Virus record (IMG/VR): IMGVR_UViG_3300020431_000005
Coordinates: 32,001-96,000 of that record
Length of the DNA stretch: 64,000 nucleotides
Source: a virus
Lineage: Duplodnaviria; Caudoviricetes
Reading direction: 5' to 3' (one strand)
The stretch's first letter is position 1. Each line of letters begins with the position of its first letter. A model generated the notes under the pieces. That model was not told the origin of the DNA. It was given only the letters and a program-made list of their open reading frames with translations, and searched no databases. The position numbers and the translations under genes are program-made. Of the stretch, positions 1 to 10,890 are shown piece after piece.

Positions 1-34
1 TCACTGTTGTTTCACACATCACTAAGAAATAAAA

Positions 35-535
35 ATGGCATCTATAAAAGAAAAGTTTGATTCTGCTGGTGGATTTTCTGTAGAGAAAACAATTCATATT
101 GACGAATTGCATAATGCAAAAAATCTCAATAGTTTTGAATTAAAAAATTCTTTCTATTCTGATAGTAGAGTGAAAAACGTAATCTTGAGAGGTATCAATA
201 CTGCAGTATTATCTGTAGACGATATTGGTACACAAATTACAATTGAAAATAATACTATTAATTTTATTACCGGAAGAGTTATTGTTGTAAACCCTCAAGG
301 AACAGCATACTCCGGAAAGTTGGAATCAGTAGTTCAATGTAATTCAGTTGGTGATGTAAGTATCTTATCTACAATGATAACATCTATTAAGGATGATATC
401 CCTGCAGGTCAATCATGGGTTATTGAACCTTTGGGATCAACCAATCGTTTTAGTTATAGTACGACAAGAGCAGGAACAACACAAACATTAAAGTGGGCAG
501 TAGCTACAGATGTAGTTAGTATTGCGTGGACCTGA
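35..535 (+). CDS. Hypothetical virion structural protein (tail/baseplate region)
   Basis: 166-aa beta-rich ORF directly upstream of the giant fibre gene; no diagnostic motif. Confidence 0.6.
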   Translation: MASIKEKFDSAGGFSVEKTIHIDELHNAKNLNSFELKNSFYSDSRVKNVILRGINTAVLSVDDIGTQITIENNTINFITGRVIVVNPQGTAYSGKLESVVQCNSVGDVSILSTMITSIKDDIPAGQSWVIEPLGSTNRFSYSTTRAGTTQTLKWAVATDVVSIAWT

Positions 536-553
536 TGCTAAATATATCAGAGG

Positions 554-560
554 ATAAATA
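554..560 (+). promoter_or_regulatory. T4-type late promoter (ATAAATA) for the giant structural gene
   Basis: GATAAATA about 20 nt upstream of ATG 580, followed by a GGAG RBS. Confidence 0.6.
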
Positions 561-579
561 GGCGGAGCTAGATAGCACC

Positions 580-3500
580 ATGAGTTTTAATATCAATTCC
601 GATAAAGAGTTCATTAGAGGTTCCAAACCACAACTCATCGGTGATAATGAACTTACGATTAGAACTGGATCTGGTTCTCTCGAAAAGGAGATTATCAGAA
701 CACAGTTAGATGCAAATACTGGTTTGCCCCGTGTTGGCATCAACCGAACCGGACAGAGAGTAAACGAAGTTAAACTTATTTCCGGTGGATCTGCGTATAC
801 CAGTATTCCATCTGTAACTTTAGATCCACCAGGTACTGCTGGAGGAATTCAAGCACTAGCATCTGCTTTCATTTTTAACGGTGAAGTAATTAATGTCGCC
901 GTTAATAATCCCGGTAGTGGATACACATCTGCTCCTGCTGTGACTATCACAGGTGGTGGTGGATCTGGTGCATCTGGAGAATCTTTCCTTGATACAGTTG
1001 ACTTTGAACTTGATATCAACGGCGCAATCAGAACATCAACATCAATTATTTCAGACACAGCGAGAGTTCTTAATCTTGATGTTGATAATTTTGTCACTCC
1101 AGATCTCGTTTTACGAGGTCCAAATTTTAAAAATTATATGAATGGTACTGGAATTCTATGGGATTCCAATGTTATTGTTCAAGAAAACGCTTACAGATGG
1201 TTTGGTTCTAATGTATATCAAGCATTAAATACTGGAACTACTGCATCAACAGCACCAGTTCATACTGATGGTATCGTAACAAATGGTACAGTTCAGTTTA
1301 AACATATTGGTATTAGATCAGAGGATCAAAATGCATTTGCATATGGTGAGACAGGCGAAGCAGGAATTTTTCCGCGTTCTATTACTCCGCTCCTAGGTGA
1401 TAGATCAGACAAAATTGCTACTACAGAATACGTCCTTAACCTAGCAACGAATGACGTTGGTGGTCGTATCTATGTTTCAGAACAAATTGGTTCTGACCTA
1501 AATGATGGTCGTTCAGCAGTTAATCCTGTACGTACAATCAAGAAAGCAGCACAAGAGGCATGGAAAACTGTTGGTGTTAAAGAAACTATTATCGTTTCTG
1601 GTGGTGAATACCTAGAAGACAACCCAATCTCTTTACCACCTGATGCTTCTGTTGTTGGTGATAACTTACGTTTGGTAATTGTCAGACCAAAAAATCCAGG
1701 CAAACATATTTTTAAGTTTGGTGATAAGAACTATGTTACTGGTGTAACGTACAGAGACAAAGTTGATGCTAACGGAGATTCTGTCTCTACTTGGGATTTT
1801 GCAATGGTCTTTGATGACAAGCAAAGAGTCATCTTAGATTATGAGGTAAATGGAGATTTTGGTGTTGAGTTTCCAGTTGGACATCAAATTTTTGGACCGG
1901 ACCAGTTTAGAATTGGATTTCAGGAAAACACAGGATTATCTGCTCTACAAACCGGATTAGAAATTGTTGGTATCAACACAGGTGCTAGAGCAAAAATATT
2001 TGATCTCACTTTTACCGGTACAGGAGTTTTAGAAAATAAAGGCACTATAGACATTACACTGACCAGTGGTTCTATTCAAGAAGGTGAGACCTTTAAATAC
2101 ATAACTTCTGCTTCCACAAATGCTGCTATTAATGCATTCTCAATTAGTGCAGTAAGTGGATTCAATACATTCAGAACTACTACAGATCCCACAGGAGAAA
2201 TTTCTGGTGGTGATTACATATTTTTAGATGATCTAGATGATTCTACTTTCACTTCTGGATATTATGAAGTTGCAAGTATTACACCAGATGACGAAAACAC
2301 CCCAACATATTGGGATGTTACTGTTGTTCCAATTCTAAACTCTCCAGCATGGAATGCCAATACATCAGAAAGTATTTTAATCTATGAAGCAAGTGTTGTA
2401 GAATATCAGTTTGATGGAGTATCACTAGAATCAATTAGAGCAGAAGGCGAAGTTGTATCCGTTGACGAGGATGTTACAAATACTCTGCCAATTCAGAGAC
2501 TTGATTTTTCGCTTCAAGGAGATCCCAGTATTACAACTGGAGGTTTCCAAGATGAGCAGTTTGGCAATGCAGAAGATTTAGGTGGCGTTGTTTTCTACAC
2601 GAATGAATTAGTTGGTCGAGAGAATTTCCATGAGTTCAAAGAAGGTCAAGAAATTTTAATTGAAGGTCTTCCAACTGTTGGTCCCGATTTATCATTTTTA
2701 AATGGTAAGCAAAGAATCTACAAAGTTCTGGAAGATGCGGATGGTCGCTGCCGAAGATTTGTTATACCAAAGAAAGCATCATCAATTAATGATGCCAATT
2801 TTGATCCGGGACAAAATGCTACTGTAAGCACATATTCTAGAAGTGTTACCCTATCACTACTAAACTCACCAAACACATTTGCTCTTACGACTCCAGTAGA
2901 AAGAAGATTTCAAGATGCATGTGTTTTCATCCGTAATAATAGAGACTTTATTGCTGATGAAGTAGTAGGAAGAATTAATGATGAATTTAAAAAAGATCAT
3001 TATTCGGTATATGATATTGGAGGACAATCCACCGCACAATTTACTCCAACAGACGTAACTTACGATACCGCCACAGGCGATGCAGTATTTACAGTAAATA
3101 ACCACGGATTATCTCTAGGAGATGGTATAAGAATTGCTGATCAGTCTATTGTGTTTACATGCACAATGGACAACAATCAAACAGAACATGCGTTGCCCGA
3201 TACAGATCAATACGCGAGTGGAAGATCTTTACCAATTACCGCATCAACAACTAATACTTTTACTGTAAATGTTGGTGCTTCCGGTCCAGATCAGCAGTTC
3301 ACACCTTCTGGTGCTAATTACGATCCATCAACTGGAGATCTTGTTTTAACAGTCGGACCACATACTTTATCTGCCGGTGAAGGTATTATTATTGACGACA
3401 ATTCGTTGTCCTTTACATGTGACATGGATGGAAATCAGTCTGTTAAGACTTATCCACGTCCTGGTATCGATCCTTTTGCTGGTAGGTCTATGCCTATCAC

Positions 3501-6500
3501 ATCTGTTGCTGAAAATACCATCACTATCAATGCTGGTATCTCAGGTCCTAATAAGTACTTCACACCAACTGGTGCTAACTACAATCCATCAACAGGTGAT
3601 ATGACAGTCACTGTTGGACAGCATGGTTTAGGTGTAGGTCGTAGTGTTGTTCTTGTAGACAGTTCACTCACATTCACTTGTGCTCTGGATAATAACGCAA
3701 CTCAGCATAGTTATCCACGTCCTGGTACTGATCCATATGCAGGTCAGAAATCAATCGAAATTACTGCTGTTGGTTCTACCCAACATACAGCAACTGATGC
3801 TCCTTACGATGCAGCAACTGGTGTTGTAACACTAACAGTTGCGGGTCATGGGTTTACTAATGGCGATTATGTCAAAATTGATGACGGATCTCTAACTTAT
3901 ACTTGCGATCTGGATGGCAACACTGTACAGAAAGCATATCCACGCGCTGGATACGATTATCCATCAGGTCGCTGGTTAGAAATCAGTAATGTAACTACCA
4001 ACACATTTGATATCAATGTAGGGTCTTCTTCATATACTGGTACTCATACATTTGTAAGTGCTGCAGCAAATGGCATTGATCGTCAAGACGGAACATTTAC
4101 AATTAACGTTGGAATTTCTTCCGACACTTCTGTTCATACTTTCATATCTGCAACAACAAATGCTATTAAGCATGAACCACAATCAATACACAGTTTCTCC
4201 GGTTCCACATCAAATGCAGTAAAACATCTTCCACAATCTGGTCACACTTTTGTAAGATCTGCAACAAATTCTATATCTGTTGGTGGTAGTTCATTTAGTA
4301 TCTACCTCGGAACATTAGATCATGTTAATACTTGGATTAGTGGTGGTACTGTAACTGCTACATCAAATGGTGCCGTAGCTAACGTTACTAATTTTGTATA
4401 CGATACTGCAAATACTGGTGTCGCAGTAGTAACAACTGACACACCATTAACTTTAGCAAATGATGATATTGTAAGACTAGCAGATTTACTGATTGAATGT
4501 GAAGCTGGACAAAAAATCTATCCTGCTTATAGTTCTCCAACTTCAACAAACTCTGGAACTAATGGCGATGTTCAGTGTAGGCAAGATGTTGTCCACTTTT
4601 GTAATGCACTCGTAAGAGATCTTGAGTTTGGCACAAACCATAATATTATTGAGTCATCTCAAAAGTATATTGTTGATGGCAAAATTGCGTATATCGAAGA
4701 CGAGATTACTCAAAATGTACGTGCAATAGAATATGCTAGAGAACTAGCAGTCTATGCAATGCGTAATTGGAGAACTAAAAATGGTACTCCCAACGATCCA
4801 ATCTACACTCCAAGGTATTCTTCTATTACAAGATACTTTGACGATACTGTTATCACATCTACAGCAACTGATGGTGGTACAATTGCATGTGAAGATGTAA
4901 GATCAGCAATTGACACCTTATCATATCTATGGGTTGATGTCATCACCAATGGTCAAAATGGTACTTATAAAGATGCTGCATATTTAATTACTAGAAATGC
5001 TGATGTAATTGCAAGTGAAACATATTATCAAACTAAGGTTGCTTATCCTGGACTGAACCATAATAATATTGACGAGAGAAAGTGCCTTAGAGATACCAAA
5101 TCAGTTTTGAATGCCTTAGTCAAAGATCTTACTCTTGGAGGAAACTTTGGCATTTTAGAAGCAGGAGAAATATACTTTACTGGAACCGCATTAACCGGTG
5201 TTGCTATTGGTGAATTGCCAGCGGTTCGTTATGCATATACGGTAGCAAAAGACTTAGCGCAAAAGGCAATGCGTAATTGGTCTACTAGTGGAAACATCAT
5301 TGCTGCACAACCAACTAATGCTACGTACAATTCAACTAGTGGAGAACTTGTTCTAACGGTAATCACAAGTAATTTGCCAAGTGGTTTCTCGTCTGCTGCC
5401 AACTGTAGAGTTGGATTCCAATTAGGAGCATTAACATTTAATTGTGCTCATAATAGTGGTGGAGATGATGCAAGTCCTCAAATTTTAGATACAAATCCTG
5501 GACAATCTTACCCGGTTCTTGGATATAGTGAGGGAGGTGGAATTTCCACTATCACATTAAATGTAGGTGCTGCAGGAACAAATACCGATGCTCATACTTT
5601 TGTGAGTGCATTATCGGGTGGAACAATTTTCGTTAATGATTATGCAGTATTAAACACAACTATTCCAAGATTTGAGGACTACACAACTGGAACTGATTTT
5701 CCAAACACTCCCATATGTGCGGGTGTAAAATCTGCTATTGATACTTCTTTCCAATTATTGGACGATATTTTAAGTTATGCTGTTGATCCAGTTAATGGTA
5801 TTGAACCAGGAACAACTACTCCAACATATGGAACTCTATTTACTATTTCTGATATTATTACGTATCCAAACAATTATGTTTATGATCTTAATAATACCAG
5901 GATGGCAATCCGTGGAACATATGATGATTATCCAATTATTGAGGCATCTCCATACACACAGAACGCTTCTGTAATCTCCTTCTTAGGTGGTGGCGGTGCT
6001 GAGGTTGATGGCAACAAAGTTAAGCAACCTAACTGCCCATTCCCCGGTTTAAACCAAGACGGAACAGCTCAGTTCCCAAATCAAGGTAAATCGATGGTTG
6101 CTGCGGCATTCACGATTGTCTCCTTTGGTGGTACAGGTTATAGAGTTATTAACGATGGTTATGTCCAGTTAGTTTCTGTATTCGTTATCTTCTGTGCTGA
6201 TGGTGTTCTTGCTGAGTCTGGTGGTTATGCTTCTATTACAAACTCTGCTACCAACTTTGGTGTTCATGCCCTACGTGGCATTGGATTCAGAGAGGAAGCA
6301 TACAGTTTCGACGTTGCAACTATTACTAATGTATCTTCGACTCCAACAGGTAGAGCAATTTTAACTGTTGATGGTCTTGGTAGAGAACCGCTAGAGCATT
6401 ATATTGTCAAAATCGATGGTTATCAAAATACCAATGAAGACATTGAATACTTTGTTGATGTTGTAGCCAAAGTTGGTGCTGGTCCACCATTCTCTGCTGA

Positions 6501-9500
6501 ACTTACCATTGATGATGGTCAAGGTCAAGCTATGAATCTTACTGATAGTGCAACTGGTGTTCCGGTAGCAACTTCAGTTCTGGATGGTAAAACAATTAGA
6601 CTGCATAGACCTTCTATTGTTAACTCGTCTTCGCATACTTGGGAATATGCAGGTTCTGGTACTAACTACTTAGCACTACCAGAAAACGGTGGTACTAAAA
6701 ATGAGGCAGAAGAACAAGTATCAGAAAACTATGGTCGAGTATATGTTTCAGGTACTGACGAATTAGGAGACTTTAAAGTTGGTACGTTTGCTAGGATCGA
6801 GAACAGAACTGGTAATATTACTTTCACTGGTACTGTTACTATCTCTGAAGTTGAATTCCTGAAACTGAAGGGTGGTGATGTTGTTGTTACTGGATTCTCT
6901 GCTGATAACACTCTTGGTGGAGCTACTACAAGTAATTCTGTTCTGCCTACACAAAAAGCAGTTAGAGATTACATCACTAACAATTTAGGACCTTTCATCA
7001 ATAAACCATATTCCACAAATGCTGTTCCTAGAGCTCTAGTTGAACTTACGGATTCTGGTAAAATTTCTGTTGATCAAATTCCAGCACTCAGACCATTTGA
7101 AGTTTTTACTGTTGTTAATGAGGCCGAAAGACTCCAGTTAGAAGGAGCACTTGCAGGTGATATTGCTATTCAACAAAATAGCGATGTTGTAAATGGATCT
7201 CCCCAATCGTTTATTCTTAATAATGATTTGGATAGTCAGTTCTTGGCATTTAATCCAGATCCAACAATTCAATTTACTCTTAATGATATTTTCCAGGGTA
7301 GCAATACCACCGGTCGCGTTCAAGCAACTGAGTATAGAACTGGAGTTGTATTTACAATCAATCTTGTACAAGGTGGTAGTGGATACACAGTACCTCCAAC
7401 AGTCACAATTGCAGGTACTGTTGGACAAGGTGGAATAGAAGCAAAAGCAGAAACAACCATAGCCAATGGTGAAGTTGTTACAATTTCACTAATCTTCTTC
7501 AATGGAGTTAAAGGTGGTAAAGGTTATACAAGTGCTCCTACTGTTACTATTTCGGCACCTCCAGGATTAGGAACTCAAGCAACAGCAAATGCATTAATTG
7601 AATCCAGACTATATGGAAATATTGTTAATAGAATTGCAATTATTGATACTGATCAGATTGAAAGTAGTGATGTTCCTGCGGTTACAGTTAACCTTACAAG
7701 AGTAGTTAATACTTCATCTAGTGATATCACCAATTGGGTTGGATTATCATCTAATCAGATTGCTGCTTCTGATATCACTTCTGGTACTATAGAGACTGAT
7801 AGACTTGCTAATAGCGGCGCTGCAAACTCGTTTACTTTCCTACGAGGTGATAGTTCGTTCGCTCTTGCTGTTCAATCACTCAAAGGAGCAGAAACTCGAT
7901 ACTTTGCTAAGTTGTATAGCAATGTAAGTAGTGGTCAGAACTCAATGATCTTTACTACAAATTCAGAATTCTTGATTGGTCATTCTGTTCTTTCGAGCAT
8001 TAATGGCATCCAAGCAAATACCAATATTACTGGTGTTATTACTGCAGCTGGATTGACAACTATTTCTATCAATAATCCAGTTTCACAAACAATTACTGCT
8101 GGAACTATTATTGAGTTCCAGCGTGGCAATTCGCCAATGATTTTTGAGTCAACTTATACTCAAGGAAACTTTGTTGATCGTATTATTATCGCCAATGGTG
8201 GTACTGGATTTACTAATGGTCAGTATTCTGATATTGCACTGAGTGGAGGAGCAGGAACTGATTTAAAAGCTTCAATTACTGTTTCTGGTAATACAATTAC
8301 AAAGGCTCTTGTAACATCTGGTGGAATTAACTACACAAGTGATTTTACAATTACACTCAATCCCACTGAAATTGGTGCTGGATCTGGAATGGTTTTGGAA
8401 GCAAAAGTTTCTACTGTTAATAGACAGTATGCAAACGTTGCATTAGATGTTCAGAGAGTTACCGATCTGACTATTACAGCAGATGAATATGGAACGATTG
8501 GTGTATCTAGGTTTAGGAAAGCTCAATTTAATCTTGGCACAAAAGGAAATGGTTCGGTTGAACTTAAAACAGGTGCTGGATCCGGATTAGATGCAGATAA
8601 ATTAGATGATAAGCAAGGTTCTTATTATACAAATGCAACAAATTTATTCACAGGAACTGTTCCTACAGATAGACTTGCTGGATCCTATAACATTAATGTT
8701 TCTGGTTCTTCTGGAAATACACTAAGACTAGCAACTGGTACTAACAACCCAACATCAAACCCAACTCCAAACAATTTTGTTGAAGGTCTTGCTGCTAATA
8801 CTATTAATAATAGTTCTGATGGTTTGAATGATGGTGGAGCTCAACACCTTGTGTTGACAATCAGAAACAAAGGTCAAGGTTTAACTGCCGAAGGTGGTGT
8901 CAGACAAATGGCATTCACAGATAATGACAACATCTGGTTGCGTGGTTCTGGTGATGAAGTAACAACTTTTGGTACTTGGGCGAAGATGTGGACTTCTCTA
9001 AATGATGGTCCTGGTTCCGGTCTCGATGCTGATAGACTTTCCAACAAACAAGCAGAATGGTATCAAAATGCACTTAATATTAACTATGGAGTTATTTCTG
9101 ATAATAGGATTCCAACATTCTTAAGTGCTACTAAATTTAGAGATAATCTTCGTATCCAATCATTTAATGGAGATCCTAAGTTTAAAATTTATGTTGCTGG
9201 TCAAATCTTAAATGCAACTCCATTTACTCCTGGAGGAAATGTCAACATATATAATGCACTTTCTCAAGCAATTGGTGCAATTTCAATTGATAATATTGTC
9301 ATTAATGATGACGCAAGTGATACCTTTAATGATTACACGATCCTTATTGGTAGATTGACCGCCGGTAATTTTATTGGCGGAGAAACTATTGGTACTGCAT
9401 CGAATAGAGTTCCTTACCAAGACTTTACACTTGACGATAATAATGTTGTTGAAGTTGCTACTTTAGAAAGTGATGGTGGTACTGCCAACTTAAGGTTGGG

Positions 9501-10866
9501 AAGGAAAGACGGTAATGCTACTTCTCCGGGTGTTTACTTTAATAGTTCTCAGTTAACTGCAAATTATAATAGTGCAATTGTATCCACTGGTGGTACTTCT
9601 ACTGATGGTTCAGGAACCCTGAATGCTATAGTAGTAAATGCAGATGGATTTAATATTAATGGTAATGTTATCTGGAACGAAGGCAACATTCAATTTAATT
9701 CATCGAACGTTGTAAGTACTGCTGTTGAACGTGATGCTTCTGGCAACTTTGCTGCTAGCACAATTACAGCATCATTAATAGGTGCTTCTTCACTAAACGT
9801 CCTTAAGACGGGTGATACTATGACAGGACCACTACAACTGTCTGGTGTTAATTCCACTTTAACTATTGCAGGAGCTGCAACTTTCAGTAGTACTGTAGGA
9901 ATCACAGATGATTTAACAGTTGACGGTGGCGTTTTGTTTGTAGATGCTTCTTCCAATGAAGTTGGTATTAACACCACAGATCCACAGCAAGCACTACATG
10001 TATATGGAAACATTAGATTGGATGCGGTAAACCCAGAAATTCAGTTTAATGGGACTAGCGATACCGGTATTGATATAGCAATCAAGGCAACACCAGAAGG
10101 TTTAGATTTTTATGAACCAGAAGATAGTAATAAAATTCAGTTCAGAATTTATGATGATACTGGTGTGGATTCTCCATTCGGTTATCATATTAACGGAACC
10201 AGAATTTTCAATCAAGCAAGAGATTTAACTAACGTTAACTCTACTACTATACAAAATACAGGTGCTGGTCAACTCAATTTCTATAATAATAGTGGTACAA
10301 GATACTGGAGAGCTGGTTCAAATAATAATACAACCAACTTCTTTACGATCGAAGCATCAGATGCAAATGGAGGAACGTCATTTAGTGGAGCACCTGCTCT
10401 TGCTATAAGTGGAGTTAATAATGCTGTAACAATTAACACCACTACAACTTCTGGTACTGACCCGTCAGATGGTACTACGGTAAGAAATTACAAATTTAAT
10501 GTTCAAGGTGATATGAACCTTAACGGTCAGTTCTTCCAAAATAATGCAGAATTTGTAACCTCTAGATGGACTGAAGCAACTAATGGTAATGACATTTACA
10601 GATTGTCTAGTGTTGGTATTAATAAAGCAGATCCACAATATACATTAGATCTGGATGGAGATTTTAATATCACTGGTATTCAGTATATTAATGGCAATGC
10701 ACAATGGTTGGATTCCAATGGAATCATCAAAATTGTTCAAAATGCTGATATCGCAGAAAACATTACAATTGGTAATTCCTCTGATTGTTTTTCCAATGGT
10801 CCTATTGTAATTGCTACCGGATATGCGGTAACTATTGGAAGTGGATCTAGTTGGGCAATTATCTAA
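580..10866 (+). CDS. Giant (3428 aa) tail-fibre/baseplate-associated virion protein
   Basis: G/T/S/N-rich. Contains GSGYTSAP(T/A)VT repeats, a beta-helix start (IYVSEQIGSDLNDG...RTIKKA), helical DAxxxIxxN..C.RD repeats and fibre motifs GSGLDAD(K/R)L, VLKTGDTMTG and VGIN. Confidence 0.8.
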   Translation: MSFNINSDKEFIRGSKPQLIGDNELTIRTGSGSLEKEIIRTQLDANTGLPRVGINRTGQRVNEVKLISGGSAYTSIPSVTLDPPGTAGGIQALASAFIFNGEVINVAVNNPGSGYTSAPAVTITGGGGSGASGESFLDTVDFELDINGAIRTSTSIISDTARVLNLDVDNFVTPDLVLRGPNFKNYMNGTGILWDSNVIVQENAYRWFGSNVYQALNTGTTASTAPVHTDGIVTNGTVQFKHIGIRSEDQNAFAYGETGEAGIFPRSITPLLGDRSDKIATTEYVLNLATNDVGGRIYVSEQIGSDLNDGRSAVNPVRTIKKAAQEAWKTVGVKETIIVSGGEYLEDNPISLPPDASVVGDNLRLVIVRPKNPGKHIFKFGDKNYVTGVTYRDKVDANGDSVSTWDFAMVFDDKQRVILDYEVNGDFGVEFPVGHQIFGPDQFRIGFQENTGLSALQTGLEIVGINTGARAKIFDLTFTGTGVLENKGTIDITLTSGSIQEGETFKYITSASTNAAINAFSISAVSGFNTFRTTTDPTGEISGGDYIFLDDLDDSTFTSGYYEVASITPDDENTPTYWDVTVVPILNSPAWNANTSESILIYEASVVEYQFDGVSLESIRAEGEVVSVDEDVTNTLPIQRLDFSLQGDPSITTGGFQDEQFGNAEDLGGVVFYTNELVGRENFHEFKEGQEILIEGLPTVGPDLSFLNGKQRIYKVLEDADGRCRRFVIPKKASSINDANFDPGQNATVSTYSRSVTLSLLNSPNTFALTTPVERRFQDACVFIRNNRDFIADEVVGRINDEFKKDHYSVYDIGGQSTAQFTPTDVTYDTATGDAVFTVNNHGLSLGDGIRIADQSIVFTCTMDNNQTEHALPDTDQYASGRSLPITASTTNTFTVNVGASGPDQQFTPSGANYDPSTGDLVLTVGPHTLSAGEGIIIDDNSLSFTCDMDGNQSVKTYPRPGIDPFAGRSMPITSVAENTITINAGISGPNKYFTPTGANYNPSTGDMTVTVGQHGLGVGRSVVLVDSSLTFTCALDNNATQHSYPRPGTDPYAGQKSIEITAVGSTQHTATDAPYDAATGVVTLTVAGHGFTNGDYVKIDDGSLTYTCDLDGNTVQKAYPRAGYDYPSGRWLEISNVTTNTFDINVGSSSYTGTHTFVSAAANGIDRQDGTFTINVGISSDTSVHTFISATTNAIKHEPQSIHSFSGSTSNAVKHLPQSGHTFVRSATNSISVGGSSFSIYLGTLDHVNTWISGGTVTATSNGAVANVTNFVYDTANTGVAVVTTDTPLTLANDDIVRLADLLIECEAGQKIYPAYSSPTSTNSGTNGDVQCRQDVVHFCNALVRDLEFGTNHNIIESSQKYIVDGKIAYIEDEITQNVRAIEYARELAVYAMRNWRTKNGTPNDPIYTPRYSSITRYFDDTVITSTATDGGTIACEDVRSAIDTLSYLWVDVITNGQNGTYKDAAYLITRNADVIASETYYQTKVAYPGLNHNNIDERKCLRDTKSVLNALVKDLTLGGNFGILEAGEIYFTGTALTGVAIGELPAVRYAYTVAKDLAQKAMRNWSTSGNIIAAQPTNATYNSTSGELVLTVITSNLPSGFSSAANCRVGFQLGALTFNCAHNSGGDDASPQILDTNPGQSYPVLGYSEGGGISTITLNVGAAGTNTDAHTFVSALSGGTIFVNDYAVLNTTIPRFEDYTTGTDFPNTPICAGVKSAIDTSFQLLDDILSYAVDPVNGIEPGTTTPTYGTLFTISDIITYPNNYVYDLNNTRMAIRGTYDDYPIIEASPYTQNASVISFLGGGGAEVDGNKVKQPNCPFPGLNQDGTAQFPNQGKSMVAAAFTIVSFGGTGYRVINDGYVQLVSVFVIFCADGVLAESGGYASITNSATNFGVHALRGIGFREEAYSFDVATITNVSSTPTGRAILTVDGLGREPLEHYIVKIDGYQNTNEDIEYFVDVVAKVGAGPPFSAELTIDDGQGQAMNLTDSATGVPVATSVLDGKTIRLHRPSIVNSSSHTWEYAGSGTNYLALPENGGTKNEAEEQVSENYGRVYVSGTDELGDFKVGTFARIENRTGNITFTGTVTISEVEFLKLKGGDVVVTGFSADNTLGGATTSNSVLPTQKAVRDYITNNLGPFINKPYSTNAVPRALVELTDSGKISVDQIPALRPFEVFTVVNEAERLQLEGALAGDIAIQQNSDVVNGSPQSFILNNDLDSQFLAFNPDPTIQFTLNDIFQGSNTTGRVQATEYRTGVVFTINLVQGGSGYTVPPTVTIAGTVGQGGIEAKAETTIANGEVVTISLIFFNGVKGGKGYTSAPTVTISAPPGLGTQATANALIESRLYGNIVNRIAIIDTDQIESSDVPAVTVNLTRVVNTSSSDITNWVGLSSNQIAASDITSGTIETDRLANSGAANSFTFLRGDSSFALAVQSLKGAETRYFAKLYSNVSSGQNSMIFTTNSEFLIGHSVLSSINGIQANTNITGVITAAGLTTISINNPVSQTITAGTIIEFQRGNSPMIFESTYTQGNFVDRIIIANGGTGFTNGQYSDIALSGGAGTDLKASITVSGNTITKALVTSGGINYTSDFTITLNPTEIGAGSGMVLEAKVSTVNRQYANVALDVQRVTDLTITADEYGTIGVSRFRKAQFNLGTKGNGSVELKTGAGSGLDADKLDDKQGSYYTNATNLFTGTVPTDRLAGSYNINVSGSSGNTLRLATGTNNPTSNPTPNNFVEGLAANTINNSSDGLNDGGAQHLVLTIRNKGQGLTAEGGVRQMAFTDNDNIWLRGSGDEVTTFGTWAKMWTSLNDGPGSGLDADRLSNKQAEWYQNALNINYGVISDNRIPTFLSATKFRDNLRIQSFNGDPKFKIYVAGQILNATPFTPGGNVNIYNALSQAIGAISIDNIVINDDASDTFNDYTILIGRLTAGNFIGGETIGTASNRVPYQDFTLDDNNVVEVATLESDGGTANLRLGRKDGNATSPGVYFNSSQLTANYNSAIVSTGGTSTDGSGTLNAIVVNADGFNINGNVIWNEGNIQFNSSNVVSTAVERDASGNFAASTITASLIGASSLNVLKTGDTMTGPLQLSGVNSTLTIAGAATFSSTVGITDDLTVDGGVLFVDASSNEVGINTTDPQQALHVYGNIRLDAVNPEIQFNGTSDTGIDIAIKATPEGLDFYEPEDSNKIQFRIYDDTGVDSPFGYHINGTRIFNQARDLTNVNSTTIQNTGAGQLNFYNNSGTRYWRAGSNNNTTNFFTIEASDANGGTSFSGAPALAISGVNNAVTINTTTTSGTDPSDGTTVRNYKFNVQGDMNLNGQFFQNNAEFVTSRWTEATNGNDIYRLSSVGINKADPQYTLDLDGDFNITGIQYINGNAQWLDSNGIIKIVQNADIAENITIGNSSDCFSNGPIVIATGYAVTIGSGSSWAII
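3037..4281 (+). repeat. Four nested ~90-aa beta-domain repeats inside the giant protein
   Basis: Units FTPT..Y(D/N)..TG...TV..H....FTC..D.N...YPR...TF.INVG start at 3037, 3295, 3556 and 3781; the HTF(V/I)S-type terminal strands are stacked at 4045, 4135, 4189 and 4243. Confidence 0.8.
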
Positions 10867-10867
10867 T

Positions 10868-10874
10868 CTAAATA
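10868..10874 (+). promoter_or_regulatory. Late promoter (CTAAATA)
   Basis: TAAATA core 17 nt upstream of ATG 10891; equivalent elements at 12394-12400, 13741-13747 and 14803-14809. Confidence 0.6.
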
Positions 10875-10890
10875 AAAGAAAGTTTAAAAA

